Positions 29,567 to 39,571 of a stretch of 64,000 nucleotides of DNA are shown in pieces; the first letter of the stretch is position 1, and every line of letters starts with the position of its first letter. Under the pieces are notes generated by a model that saw only the letters and a list, made by a program, of their open reading frames with translations, was not told the origin of the DNA and ran no database searches. The stretch is from positions 64,001 through 128,000 of the forward strand of contig JBIPSI010000001.1 of the NCBI GenBank assembly GCA_044070495.1. The letters are read 5' to 3'. Source of the stretch: Spirulina sp. GTDB taxonomy: Bacteria; Cyanobacteriota; Cyanobacteriia; Phormidesmidales; Phormidesmidaceae. The position numbers and the translations under genes are program-made.

Positions 29567-31528
29567 CTAGGCCAAAAAGGGTGGAGCGGGGCAGTCCAAG
29601 ACCATGACGATGGCCCGCAGCAGTTCTCCTTCCTGGGGGGTGACGGTGTTGTCGGCGAGGACGGTGTGGGCGCAGGCATCGACGATGGCCTGTTTGAGCT
29701 TGGGGGTGGCCTGGTCTAGGGTGGCGAGGCTTTTGCCCAGGTCGGTGATTTTAACCGAGGGCAGGGCATCGGGGAGGGTTTGTTTTTTGGCACCGGGCAA
29801 CTGGTACAGGCCCGATTTGAGGGCATAGAAGGCGTCCTCTGGTTTGGTGTGCCCCATGCGAGCCAGCAGGCTGAGCAGGCTGACGGCCTCATTCCAGAGG
29901 GCATCGAGGCTGGTGATTTCTGAGGTGGAGGGGGCGGTGCCGGGGTCGCTGGTCAACCGTTTTCGCACAATGAGCTGAAGCACATACTCCGACAGCGACA
30001 GGCAACCGTCGGCCTTGATGAGAGCCTGGAGGGTGCTGAAAAACTGTTTTTTCTCCTCCACAGACAGCGGTTTGAGGGCGGGCATGGTGAGTTCTAGCAG
30101 GGGCAGGGTTTGGCGGCTATCCATCCCCTGCAAGGCGGGCCGATGGCCGATGGCTCGCTGGGCGCTGTCCTCTCCGTAGGCGGCGGCAATGCTTTGGGTT
30201 TGTTGGGACTGAACGGAGGGCTGGTCATCCAGCAGCAGCGCAAACACCACTTCCCTAGCGCTTTCGGGCTGGTGGAGGGCGGTTTTTAGGGCGGGGTCGA
30301 GATTGTTCAGGAAGTCTTGCACCTGGGCCAAGCGGCGACCGTCGATGGTGCCGATGGCGGCCATAAAGGCTTGGGGGGATGGGGCTTGGGGGAATGGGGC
30401 TTGAGCGGCTAAGGTTTGGGGAGAGCGTCCCTGAGCAGAGGAGGCCGCCGTGGCGGGGGCTTCGTTCAATCCCATCACCAAGCCCTCCGCCAAGGTGGAG
30501 GGATGGCTGGGGACGGTAACCTGGGCGAAATTGGGCACCTTCCCCAGGCGGCGGATGCGGTCTTGCAGGGGCGGATGGGTGGCAAACCAACTGCCGAACA
30601 TAGCCACACCGGGCAGGGCTTCCCCAAAGAACAGGTGGCTGGCTTCCTCGGCGGTGGGGGCCATAATTTTAGACCCGCCAGAAAGCTGCCCCAGCTTGGT
30701 CAAGGCTCCGGCTAAGCCATCGGGGTTGCGGGTAAACTGCACCGCCGAGGCATCGGCCAAAAATTCCCGCTGGCGAGACACGGCACTTTTAATCAACCGC
30801 CCACAAAGTAGCCCAATGCTGCCAATGACGGCCATGGACAGCCCTGCGATTAGGATAACGGCGACGCCCTTGTTGTCGCTATTGCTGCTGCGACGCCGAC
30901 CATAGCCAAAATCCCCGTAGCGCAGGATGAAGCGGCCCAGGATGTGAATCAACAACAGCCCTTGCAACACCCCAATTAGCTTTAGGTTCAGGCCCATATC
31001 GCCATGGACGATGTGGCTAAATTCGTGGCCAATCACCCCCTGCAATTCGTCGCGGCTGAGCTGGTCGAGACAACCTTTAGTCACACCAATGACCGCTGTT
31101 TCTGGCGAAAATCCGGCGGCAAAGGCATTGATACTGGATTCATGTTCCAACAGGTACACCGCAGGAATGGGCGTCCCCGCCGCCAGAGCCATTTCCGCCA
31201 CCACATTCAGCAGCCGTAGTTCGCCAGGGTCGTTGGTTTGAGGCGTGACCGCTCGTCCACCCAGGCTTTTGGCCAAGCCCGCGCCCCCTTCGCGCAGCGC
31301 CATCATCTTGCTGCCGCTGCCCGCCCCGATCACCGCTATGGTGCCTAGGGCTACGATCCCTAAAACCTCTGGCTGCCACCAGCTAAAGCCGCCCTCCACA
31401 TTGGCCCAAACGGTGAAAATTGCCACAAAATAAAAGGCCAGAATCATCAACCCCACCGACAACCCAAACAGGAACACCAGGTAGGTGGTGTTGCGACGGG
31501 CTTGGTCTTGGTGTTCAAAGAAATTCAT
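29567..31528 (-). CDS. M48 (HtpX-like) zinc metalloprotease
   Basis: INAFAAG, HEFSH, REFLADA, THPP motifs; operonic with lemA. Confidence 0.92.
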   Translation of the reverse strand: MNFFEHQDQARRNTTYLVFLFGLSVGLMILAFYFVAIFTVWANVEGGFSWWQPEVLGIVALGTIAVIGAGSGSKMMALREGGAGLAKSLGGRAVTPQTNDPGELRLLNVVAEMALAAGTPIPAVYLLEHESSINAFAAGFSPETAVIGVTKGCLDQLSRDELQGVIGHEFSHIVHGDMGLNLKLIGVLQGLLLIHILGRFILRYGDFGYGRRRSSNSDNKGVAVILIAGLSMAVIGSIGLLCGRLIKSAVSRQREFLADASAVQFTRNPDGLAGALTKLGQLSGGSKIMAPTAEEASHLFFGEALPGVAMFGSWFATHPPLQDRIRRLGKVPNFAQVTVPSHPSTLAEGLVMGLNEAPATAASSAQGRSPQTLAAQAPFPQAPSPQAFMAAIGTIDGRRLAQVQDFLNNLDPALKTALHQPESAREVVFALLLDDQPSVQSQQTQSIAAAYGEDSAQRAIGHRPALQGMDSRQTLPLLELTMPALKPLSVEEKKQFFSTLQALIKADGCLSLSEYVLQLIVRKRLTSDPGTAPSTSEITSLDALWNEAVSLLSLLARMGHTKPEDAFYALKSGLYQLPGAKKQTLPDALPSVKITDLGKSLATLDQATPKLKQAIVDACAHTVLADNTVTPQEGELLRAIVMVLDCPAPPFLA

Positions 31529-31581
31529 AATGCCCCAATGTAATGAGGAAACCTATTCACTACGGGACGTGTCTCAACAAC

Positions 31582-31689
31582 GCTGTAGGGTGGGCCGTGC
31601 CCACCACAGGGAAAACCCATCGTGTCCCAAAAGCTGTAGGGAAAATCCACGATTTTTCACAGGCCGCAGGGTGGGTACGACCCACCACA
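31582..31689. repeat. GTAG-type REP copies in tandem
   Basis: GTAGGGTGGGCCGTGCCCACC and GCAGGGTGGGTACGACCCACC. Confidence 0.65.
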
Positions 31690-31733
31690 AAGGCAACCCA
31701 TAATATTTCACCCGTCTGCCGAGGCAAGCAGGA

Positions 31734-32324
31734 CTAACTAAAGGAAACCCTGGGCGCTTGCCGAACTTCTGGGGCCACTTCCTCTAAGAGTTCGGCGGGG
31801 CCAAAGTTGAAGGAACTGGCGATTAGGTTGCTGGGGAAGCTTTCGCGGGCCGTATTGTAGAAGGTGACGGCATCGTTAAAGGCTTGGCGGGCAAAGGAAA
31901 TCCGGTTTTCCGTGGAAGAGAGTTCCTCCATCAGTTGGCCCATATTTTGGTTGGCCTTCAGGTCGGGGTAGCTCTCTGAAAGGGCAAACAGTTTACCTAG
32001 GCTACCTGTGAGAGCACCCTCCGCCGCCGCCAATTGCTGCATGGCCTGGGGGTCGCCCGGTGCCTGGGAGGCCGCCCGACTAGCGGTGAGGGCTGAGTTG
32101 CGAGCGTTGATCACCGCCGTGAGGGTGCCCTGTTCGTGGGCCATATAGCCTTTGACGCTTTCTACTAGGTTAGGAATCAGGTCGTAGCGCCGCTGCAACT
32201 GCACATCAATTTGGGCGTAGGCGTTTTTGTAGCGGTTGCGTTTGGTCACGAGCTGGTTGTAAAGGTTGGCGATCATAAACCCACCCGCCAACAGCAACAC
32301 CAGCACAATAATTGTCAATCCCAT
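31734..32324 (-). CDS. lemA: LemA family protein
   Basis: QIDVQLQRRYDLIPNLVE, YPDLKANQN, FPSNLIA motifs. Confidence 0.95.
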   Translation of the reverse strand: MGLTIIVLVLLLAGGFMIANLYNQLVTKRNRYKNAYAQIDVQLQRRYDLIPNLVESVKGYMAHEQGTLTAVINARNSALTASRAASQAPGDPQAMQQLAAAEGALTGSLGKLFALSESYPDLKANQNMGQLMEELSSTENRISFARQAFNDAVTFYNTARESFPSNLIASSFNFGPAELLEEVAPEVRQAPRVSFS

Positions 32325-32544
32325 GGCGTTGTCCTCTGGTTTGCCTTTAAACTTCCCGCCCAGCTATCTCCAGCCCATATCCCCGCAATAAAGTGTTACG
32401 CAACATCCTGGGCAACACCCTCTGTGGGAGCAACGACGTTCAGCTCTTGATACAGTGCTTTTGATCAGGTCTTAATTGATCCGTCCGTCTAAATTAAGCC
32501 GTCCTTATAAATTGCCATCACGTACTGTTGAGGAGAATGGGGCC

Positions 32545-33603
32545 ATGCGTCGTCGTCAGGTGTTAGCGGGTTTAGGCATGACGGCGGGAATGGTGGCTTT
32601 GGGCCTTCAGAATCCTAGGCAGGGCCTAGCCCAGACGCCACAGACACCCGCGCCCCTGTATCCGCCTCGGTTGGGGCCGGGGGCCACGGTGGGCATTGTC
32701 AGTCCGGCGGGGGCCACCTTTGAGCCAGATCGACTGGACTTGGTGGTGGATGCCGTCACCGCCCTGGGCTGGCGACCCAAACTGGCCCCCCACGTCCTAG
32801 AACGCTACGGCTATCTGGCTGGCCCCGATCAGGTTCGTGCCGCCGATATTAACGCGATGTTTGCCGACCCCAGCGTGGATGCCCTGCTGCCGGTGCGGGG
32901 AGACTGGGGCAGCGCCCGCCTGTTGCCCTACCTGGACTACGACCAAATTCGGGCCAACCCCAAGGTGATCATCGGCTTCAGCGACATCACCGCCCTGCTG
33001 CTGGGCATCACCGCCAAAACGGGGCTGATCACCTTCCATGGCCCCCACGGGCTAACGGCTTGGCGAGGCGATCAGGTGGATTTTCTGCGTCGGGTGGTGG
33101 TGCAGGGAGAAGCCCTCACCTTTACCAATCCGCTGCTAGGGGCCGATCAAGATCGCCTCATGCGCGACCAGGGCCGCATCCAAACCATCACCCCCGGTCG
33201 AGCTACGGGACGGCTGATGGGCGGCAATCTATCGGTGTTGACGGGCCTAGTCGGTTCCCCCTACCTGCCCGATCTGCGGGGGGCGATTTTGTTTTTAGAG
33301 GACATTGGTGAACCGCCCTACCGGGTAGACCGCATGATCACCCAACTGAAACTGGCTGGAGCGCTGGACGGGCTGGCGGGGTTTATCTTTGGCCAATGCC
33401 GCGCCTGTGGGCCAGGGGAGGGCTATGGGTCGTTGACGCTGGCGGAAATTTTGCGCGACCACATTCAACCCCTAGGTATTCCCGCCTGGAGTGGGGCCTG
33501 GATTGGCCATGTGGAACCGATGTGGACGCTGCCCATGGGCGGACGGGTGGCGGTAGATGCGGATCGGGGTGAAATTCGTATGCTGGAGGCAGCGGTGATT
33601 TAG
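32545..33603 (+). CDS. LD-carboxypeptidase (S66 family), probable Tat export
   Basis: RRRQVL leader, GFSDIT, GGNLS, LFLEDIGE, IGH motifs. Confidence 0.9.
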   Translation: MRRRQVLAGLGMTAGMVALGLQNPRQGLAQTPQTPAPLYPPRLGPGATVGIVSPAGATFEPDRLDLVVDAVTALGWRPKLAPHVLERYGYLAGPDQVRAADINAMFADPSVDALLPVRGDWGSARLLPYLDYDQIRANPKVIIGFSDITALLLGITAKTGLITFHGPHGLTAWRGDQVDFLRRVVVQGEALTFTNPLLGADQDRLMRDQGRIQTITPGRATGRLMGGNLSVLTGLVGSPYLPDLRGAILFLEDIGEPPYRVDRMITQLKLAGALDGLAGFIFGQCRACGPGEGYGSLTLAEILRDHIQPLGIPAWSGAWIGHVEPMWTLPMGGRVAVDADRGEIRMLEAAVI

Positions 33604-33694
33604 CGGCAGTGATTTAAACGATAGAAACCCCAGGGATTGGGCACCTTGAGAGAGAGGCTCAACCAGGGGCCTGTCCTGCGTTGGCCAAGGGGGC

Positions 33695-34681
33695 ATGATG
33701 AAAATTTCGGTGGTGATTCCCGCCTACAATTCAGAGGCTTGGCTAGAGCAAGCCCTCGCTAGTGTGGCTGCCCAAACCTATGCCGCCTACGAGGTGATCG
33801 GCGTAGACGATGGTTCCACCGATGCCACCCTGGCCCAGTTGCAGGCCCATCCCGTGGTGACGCGGGTGCTGCAAACCGAGCACAGTGGGCCAGCGGTGGC
33901 GCGGAATGCCGGAATTGCTGCCGCCACCGGGGACTGGGTCGCCTTTTTAGACGCCGACGACTGGTGGCACCCCACCCATTTAGACCAAGCCCGTCACCTG
34001 TTAGAGAGCGGCACCGACGTGGTGTATCTAGGGGCCGCCGAGCACTTTTCCATCAACGTGAATCGGGTGGTGTCTCGGTCGGATGTAGGGCCGTTTCAGC
34101 AGCCCACGGCGGGGCTAAACCATGGCACCTACTTTCAGCTTTACCTCAAGCATGGCCTGTTGGAGCTATCGTCCCTGGTGGCCCAGCGAGAACGACTCCA
34201 GGCCATCGGCGGCTTTGTGCCAGGGCTGCGGGGGGCCGAAGATCTCGACCTAATGCTGCGCCTGGTGCTGGATCACACCTGGGCCTACGATCCCATCCCG
34301 GCGACGGTGTATCGTTGCAACAACCCCCAAAGCTACTCTCGCACCGCCCAGGCCAGCGCCGATAGACTTACGGCCAAGCTGCGCACCTTTATCAACCATC
34401 AGCAGAGCTACGCCATCTCGCCCACCATCCTCCAGTCCCTGGCCCGCACTACTATGAGCAAGGTAGTGATGGGGTGCCCCAGGGCCGAACGTCGCCGCAT
34501 CCAAGCCCTCACCCGCCCCTACCTCTCCACCCAAGAGCACTGGATTTTTGCCCTCGCCACCGAGGTCCCCTGGGCCTACCGCTGGCTCAACGAGCTTCGC
34601 AACCGCCAGCGCCCCCCTAGCTATCGCCCCCGCCAGGTCGTCGCCCCCAGCGATTCCCGCAGTTCCCAGCCCTCACCCTAA
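33695..34681 (+). CDS. Glycosyltransferase family 2
   Basis: SVVIPAYN, VDDGSTD, FLDADD, ED motifs. Confidence 0.9.
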   Translation: MMKISVVIPAYNSEAWLEQALASVAAQTYAAYEVIGVDDGSTDATLAQLQAHPVVTRVLQTEHSGPAVARNAGIAAATGDWVAFLDADDWWHPTHLDQARHLLESGTDVVYLGAAEHFSINVNRVVSRSDVGPFQQPTAGLNHGTYFQLYLKHGLLELSSLVAQRERLQAIGGFVPGLRGAEDLDLMLRLVLDHTWAYDPIPATVYRCNNPQSYSRTAQASADRLTAKLRTFINHQQSYAISPTILQSLARTTMSKVVMGCPRAERRRIQALTRPYLSTQEHWIFALATEVPWAYRWLNELRNRQRPPSYRPRQVVAPSDSRSSQPSP

Positions 34682-34938
34682 ATCCCTCTCCCCAAGGGAG
34701 AGGGACTTTGAAGTGCTTCCGACTCCCCTCTCCTCCCTGGGCTACTAAGTACACACATCTTGCTTTCATGCCGCAAGTCCTAGGAGATCCCCCTAAATCC
34801 CCCTTAAAAAGGGGGACTTTGAATCCGGTTCCCCCCTTTTTAAGGGGGGCTAGGGGGGATCGATTCCCTATATCGTCTATGTCAAGGACTTATGTGTACA
34901 CGGTAGCCCTGTGGGAGAGGGATTTAGGGTGAGGGCTG
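34667..34938. repeat. Three nested small repeat/MITE elements
   Basis: Outer perfect 26-bp IR (34667-34692 / 34913-34938); middle IR GGGCTAC..GTACACA (34739-34757 / 34891-34909); inner GATCCCCCTAAATCCCCC element (34786-34861). Confidence 0.85.
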
Positions 34939-34967
34939 CGGAGACTTGGCGATCTGCTGAGGATGGG

Positions 34968-36428
34968 TTATCGTTCATCCTTCTGTATGACGGATGACAG
35001 CGGAGAATCCAGGGATTCTGAGCGTGGCCCCCCCAGCACCGCGCCGATCAGATAGCCCGCCGTGCAGAGCAGTAGACCATACACATTCAGCCCCAAATCC
35101 ACCGCATAGCGACCGCTGCCTAGATGTACCCAGGCCGGAAAAATGGGGCTACCGATGACGTTTTCCGCCACCCGTAGCACGCCAAAGATCAGCCCTGGCC
35201 AAAAGGCGAGGTGAAAGCTGAGGGTTCCGGCCCTGGGCAGAAACGCCAGCAGAAAAATGGGAGCCAACCCCATCACCATGGTGCCGCTGATGGTGGTGGC
35301 CAAAATAATCGCAGGGCCAACCCGATCCCCCAGGTAAATGCTCAGCAGCGGCAAGTTGCCCAGCAGCGCAATGGCCAAAATCCACCAGCGCCCGATGCGG
35401 GCTTGGCCTTCGGTGGGGGCACCCTTGCGGTGGAACCAGTCTCGCGCCCCCAGTTTGGCCACGCTGGAAAAGGTGGAATCCAACGTTGACCCCGCACTGG
35501 TGAGCATGATGGCGTTGAACACCAGCAGCATCGGCAACCCAAACAAGGCCGGAACCGTGAGGCTGGGCACGCCCTCCACCCCAAAGGCCCGCGCATAGAG
35601 GCCAACGCTACTAAACAGAAAAATGAACCCGCCGCTGAGCACCCCGGCCCAGATAAAGCCCTTGACCATGGTGCGCGGCCCCGTAATAAAGGCGCGATCC
35701 GTCATCACAGGGTCGTGGAAAGGGTAGCTGAGCACCTGCACCAGGGCCAATCCGCAAAAGGTGAGGCCCGCACTGCGGGTATCGGCATCCACCACGGGTA
35801 AGCCCTGTTCCGCCAGCCCCGGCCCCAGGGTCACCAAAATCACCACCAGCAACACAGCGGCCAACACCATCTGCGCCCCATCGGTTAGCAAGCTGCTGCG
35901 CAAGCCGCCCAGCAGAGTGTAATACACCGTAAACAGCGTCACCAGCGCCGCCGCCAGCCAGTAGGCCGCACTGCCCTCTGGGCCAAAGTACAGGGAAAAA
36001 ACCTTGGTGTTTGACCACACCTCATTAATTAGGCGAATGGCGATGGCCAGCAGAAACAACCGAGCGCACACCTTGCCATATTTGCTCACCAAAAATTCGG
36101 GAATCGACCGAAAGCCGCCGCGAGTCCGCAGAAAATACAGGGCAATCGCCGCCGTGACAAAGCTGAGATAGTACAAGGCATAGCCCACCCCGCCTAGCAC
36201 CCCAAAGGCTTGACCTAGGCTGGCCGCATTGTCGATGGACTTAGCAAAAATCCAGGAAATGGCGGCACTGGCAATCAGCAACCAAACCCCAGGCGGCTGG
36301 CCTGTGGTGGATTGGCCCTCAAAAAACTCCGGCGGGCTTACCCGATTGGGCGTGGTTTGGCGCACTAAGTACAGCAAAAATCCGCAATAAGCCGCCAGTA
36401 AGCTCCAGGTTAGGGTCGTTTCAACCAT
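34968..36428 (-). CDS. Sodium:solute symporter-like transporter
   Basis: About 13 hydrophobic segments; SWIFAKSI, GGLRSSLLTD, SYPFHDPV, SAGSTLDS motifs. Confidence 0.8.
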   Translation of the reverse strand: MVETTLTWSLLAAYCGFLLYLVRQTTPNRVSPPEFFEGQSTTGQPPGVWLLIASAAISWIFAKSIDNAASLGQAFGVLGGVGYALYYLSFVTAAIALYFLRTRGGFRSIPEFLVSKYGKVCARLFLLAIAIRLINEVWSNTKVFSLYFGPEGSAAYWLAAALVTLFTVYYTLLGGLRSSLLTDGAQMVLAAVLLVVILVTLGPGLAEQGLPVVDADTRSAGLTFCGLALVQVLSYPFHDPVMTDRAFITGPRTMVKGFIWAGVLSGGFIFLFSSVGLYARAFGVEGVPSLTVPALFGLPMLLVFNAIMLTSAGSTLDSTFSSVAKLGARDWFHRKGAPTEGQARIGRWWILAIALLGNLPLLSIYLGDRVGPAIILATTISGTMVMGLAPIFLLAFLPRAGTLSFHLAFWPGLIFGVLRVAENVIGSPIFPAWVHLGSGRYAVDLGLNVYGLLLCTAGYLIGAVLGGPRSESLDSPLSSVIQKDER

Positions 36429-36705
36429 AGATGCTCTCTCAATTTCTCGCGAACACAACACAACGCCTTCCAGCATCCATCAAGATGGCAATCCAAGGCC
36501 AGAAAAACGCTGGGTTAAGCGTACGCCTCTTTGCTGAGGAGTTGCTGAGAAGGATAGATACGGCTGACCGATGATCGACCGGGTTGCGGTGCAAGAACCT
36601 AGCCCGTAGGGTAAGGGGCGGACACTGGATACCCCCAACAGGAGGGGGATTATGCGTCAAAGGTACTGGATAACACCCTCTACCATCATGTTTAACTCTC
36701 AAATC

Positions 36706-36743
36706 TGCAAGATAATACCCCGAAGTGGTGGCCTTATCTTGCA
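36706..36743. terminator. Inverted repeat at the left edge of the AT-rich island, possible terminator
   Basis: TGCAAGATAA ... TTATCTTGCA 10-bp stem. Confidence 0.4.
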
Positions 36744-36908
36744 AAAATGATGATTAATTTCTTGAAATCTGGCTATTAAGCTGATGGGCATTGTAGAACC
36801 CACGCAGGACACTGAAAAAACTATCGCCAGTGCTCCTGCTGATAAAATCAACAATGCGCTTCTTGTTAAACGCTGTAGAGGATGTCGGCTTGCTTCATAG
36901 TTTTATTT

Positions 36909-37175
36909 TTATTGTTGTAATTGTTGCATCAGCCAAGTAACTGGATTTTCAACTAGCATAAAAATGCTTTCAGGGTTTCGCTTCACTGCTTTAAGCAAAC
37001 GATCATCGGTCGTTAGAAAAACATTCACAGAGGCCGCATGGGCAAATGCCAGGTGTAGCGCATCATATAATTTTAAGCCCAATTTCATAAAATGTTGAGC
37101 TTGTGCCTCAATACTACGTGTGAATTTGACTTCTCTGGTTGCTAGAGAGAGAATGGCTTGCAGTTGCTCTAATCT
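36909..37175 (-). pseudogene. C-terminal half of a PIN-domain toxin (5' end lost)
   Basis: GLKLYDALHLA, FLTTDDRL, VENPVTWL motifs; no PIN N-terminal motif and the frame begins at the DUF4926 stop. Confidence 0.75.
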
Positions 37176-37383
37176 AGGCCGTTTGAGGCAAGGGCACATG
37201 GTAAAGCTGCATCAGTTGACTAGCCTCAAGGGTTTCAACAGCGTAGGTTTTACCCTTGAGATCAACAAACTCTACTTCAAAGACCGTTGGCTCATAGACT
37301 TCGATAATGGTGCCAACTTGGCCCTTATATAAACCTAGGTCAGGTAGGTTTTTAGTCAGAGCTACTACATCTAATAATCTCAT
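37174..37383 (-). CDS. DUF4926-like protein (copy 1)
   Basis: LLDVVAL...GL.KGQVGTIIEVY..FEVEFVD..GKTYA. Confidence 0.85.
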   Translation of the reverse strand: MRLLDVVALTKNLPDLGLYKGQVGTIIEVYEPTVFEVEFVDLKGKTYAVETLEASQLMQLYHVPLPQTA

Positions 37384-37440
37384 TTGTAAACTTATCAGCC
37401 TGGTGGTTGAGGTGTTCTAATAGATCTTGCGAGTCAAGCG

Positions 37441-37647
37441 CTAAGCCGTCATGAGTTCAATTTTAGGGCTTTCACCTTCGGCTAGTTCATAATTCAGGCG
37501 TTCAAAGCCAATCACAGTACCCGCCTGATTTTTGATCAATAGCACCTCCTCCCCAGTTTCTTCGGCGATAAACTCTTCGGATGGATCGCTAAACCAGACG
37601 GTTAGGGTTTTACCAAGCTCGTCGTAGCAAATTTTCAGAGTTTCCAT
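37441..37647 (-). CDS. DUF2283-like small protein (antitoxin-like)
   Basis: KICYDELGKTLTVWF...EETGEEVLL....G.VIGFE pattern. Confidence 0.7.
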   Translation of the reverse strand: METLKICYDELGKTLTVWFSDPSEEFIAEETGEEVLLIKNQAGTVIGFERLNYELAEGESPKIELMTA

Positions 37648-37653
37648 GATCGA

Positions 37654-38286
37654 TTACCAGGCTCTAGGCTGAAAGCTCTCATCATTGGCTAGTTCTACAG
37701 AGTCGCCGCACTGACGAATGACAAATAGACCTTTGCGGTAGGCATAGCGGTCTACGTCTTGCACAAATTCAATGGCGGCAACGGCCCCATAGATCCGATG
37801 GGAAGCGTGTTCTGGAAAGGCAATTTTCAATTTCTGAAGCTTTTCACATAGGTCATCTACATCTTGCTGGGTGAGCCGAGATTTGACTTCAATAGCCACC
37901 GCCACATCGCCATCAACGGCCAGAATATCAATTTCCATTCGGGCGGCGGGACGGGTGGATTTGGCTCGGCGATAGGTGGTTTGAATGTCTATGCCTCGTG
38001 CTTGAAATAACCGCAAGACGGCTGGTTCAACCAAGTTCTCGACGAAGGTGCCCCAGCGATCACCCAAGCGTCCGACTTCCCGGCTGGTGTTGGCGGCGAT
38101 GTTCTCCAACTTGGCCATGCGCTGCTCAAATTCTTCCCGCGAGGCTTGGGACTCGGCCATGCGGCGATCTGCTTCGGCTTTAGATTCTGCCATGCGGCGA
38201 TCAAATTCTTCTCGCGAGGCTTGGAGGTCGGCCTGGGAGGCTTTGAAGAGGTCGTAGATGTCCTGAAGGGTAACGGGATCTGCCAT
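37654..38286 (-). CDS. Coiled-coil plus PD-(D/E)XK nuclease-like protein (DUF3782-like)
   Basis: Repeated DRRMAES coiled coil, WGTFVE, EIDILAVD..AIEVKSRL, YAYRKGLFVI. Confidence 0.8.
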   Translation of the reverse strand: MADPVTLQDIYDLFKASQADLQASREEFDRRMAESKAEADRRMAESQASREEFEQRMAKLENIAANTSREVGRLGDRWGTFVENLVEPAVLRLFQARGIDIQTTYRRAKSTRPAARMEIDILAVDGDVAVAIEVKSRLTQQDVDDLCEKLQKLKIAFPEHASHRIYGAVAAIEFVQDVDRYAYRKGLFVIRQCGDSVELANDESFQPRAW

Positions 38287-38435
38287 GGATGCTTGGGAGG
38301 ATGACGATGATGCGCTTACCTTCTATTATGCCTAACCCAGATGGGATAGCGTTATGTCCTATGGCGTTAAGCTGTCCATACAATGATGATGCGCTAGGCT
38401 AGAGACGCATCCTGTTAGCTATAAGTGAGGGGACT

Positions 38436-38651
38436 GTGAAAGCCTATGAGTTTGCCGGGGAAATTTTGGCTGATGGGCAACTGAAGCTGCCGGAATCGGC
38501 TTTGGTGCAGTTAGCGGGGCATTATGCGAGGGTGATTGTGCTGGTGCCGGAGGAATTTGAAAAAGAGGAATCGGTTGAGTGGCGGGCTATGGCGGCTGAT
38601 CAGTTTTTGGCGGGTTATAGTGAAGCCGATGCCATCTATGATGCGCTTTAG
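38436..38651 (+). CDS. Putative antitoxin
   Basis: MKAYEF...DGQLKLP...FLAGYSEADAIYD; overlaps the start of the PemK/MazF gene. Confidence 0.7.
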   Translation: MKAYEFAGEILADGQLKLPESALVQLAGHYARVIVLVPEEFEKEESVEWRAMAADQFLAGYSEADAIYDAL

Positions 38652-38986
38652 TGATGACGACTTATCGACCAGGTGATGTTGTTTTGCTGGCTTTTCCTTT
38701 TACGGATGGAGTGCGACAAAAACAGCGTCCAGCCTTGGTTTTGTTAGATGCAGATGACCCAGATATTGTGGTAGCTAGAATTACCAGTCAACCCTACACT
38801 ACAGCTTTTGATGTGGCCCTTTTAGATCATGCTAAAGCGGGTTTGCTGTTGCCTTCGGTGGTGCGCTTGCATAAGCTAGCGACGCTGGAGAAAACGATAG
38901 TTAGTCGCTGTTTGGGTCATCTTTCAGCGTCAGATTGGGCCAGGGTCAAAAGTGTTCTCGATGGGCTATGGAGCCTCAGCTTGTAG
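38651..38986 (+). CDS. PemK/MazF family toxin
   Basis: GDVVLLAFPFTD..QKQRPALVL, ITSQ, GL..PSVVRLHKLATL motifs. Confidence 0.88.
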   Translation: MMTTYRPGDVVLLAFPFTDGVRQKQRPALVLLDADDPDIVVARITSQPYTTAFDVALLDHAKAGLLLPSVVRLHKLATLEKTIVSRCLGHLSASDWARVKSVLDGLWSLSL

Positions 38987-39033
38987 ATGACTGACGGAGC
39001 AGTTAGTATGGTTACATTGTCCTGTGAGGTTCT

Positions 39034-39258
39034 GTGGTGAGTGACCATCCGTTGCTGAAAATGGAGATTTCTCAGCTTAGTGTGACTGAGCGTATTCAGT
39101 TGGCTGAGGATCTTTGGGATAGTATTCTAGCTGAGCCAGATGAATTGCCGTTGACCGATGCACAAACCCAGGAACTTGATCGACGGTTAGAGCAATATCA
39201 GGCAGATCCCAAAATAGGCGCTTCCTGGGAAGTGGTGAAAGGTAGATTAGAATTATAA
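39034..39258 (+). CDS. Addiction module antitoxin component (TIGR02574-like), orphan
   Basis: LSVTERIQLAEDLWDSI, ELDRRL, SWEVVK motifs; no ParE gene follows. Confidence 0.85.
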   Translation: MVSDHPLLKMEISQLSVTERIQLAEDLWDSILAEPDELPLTDAQTQELDRRLEQYQADPKIGASWEVVKGRLEL

Positions 39259-39350
39259 AAATTTTATCCAGGGGTAATGATCTGATATTAAGATCAAGGC
39301 CAAGTCTAAGCCCACAAAGAAAACTCTGGTTCTTTCTAGGGAGAACGTCG

Positions 39351-39569
39351 ATGCTATCGAGTCAGTTAATTGAAACGATTGAGAAACTCTCTCCAGATTT
39401 GCAAACAAAAATCCTTCATTATGCTGAATATCTAGCGGCTAAATATGCAAAAAATCTATCCTCTGAGGCATCGCCTAGGCAATATCGCCAAGCTGGAACG
39501 ATGAAAGGAATGTTCACCATGGCTGATGACTTTGACGCGCCTTTAGAAGATCTCAAAGACTACATGTAG
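39351..39569 (+). CDS. DUF2281-like antitoxin
   Basis: RQAGTMKG.F.MADDFDAPLEDLKDYM C-terminus. Confidence 0.85.
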   Translation: MLSSQLIETIEKLSPDLQTKILHYAEYLAAKYAKNLSSEASPRQYRQAGTMKGMFTMADDFDAPLEDLKDYM

Positions 39570-39571
39570 CC

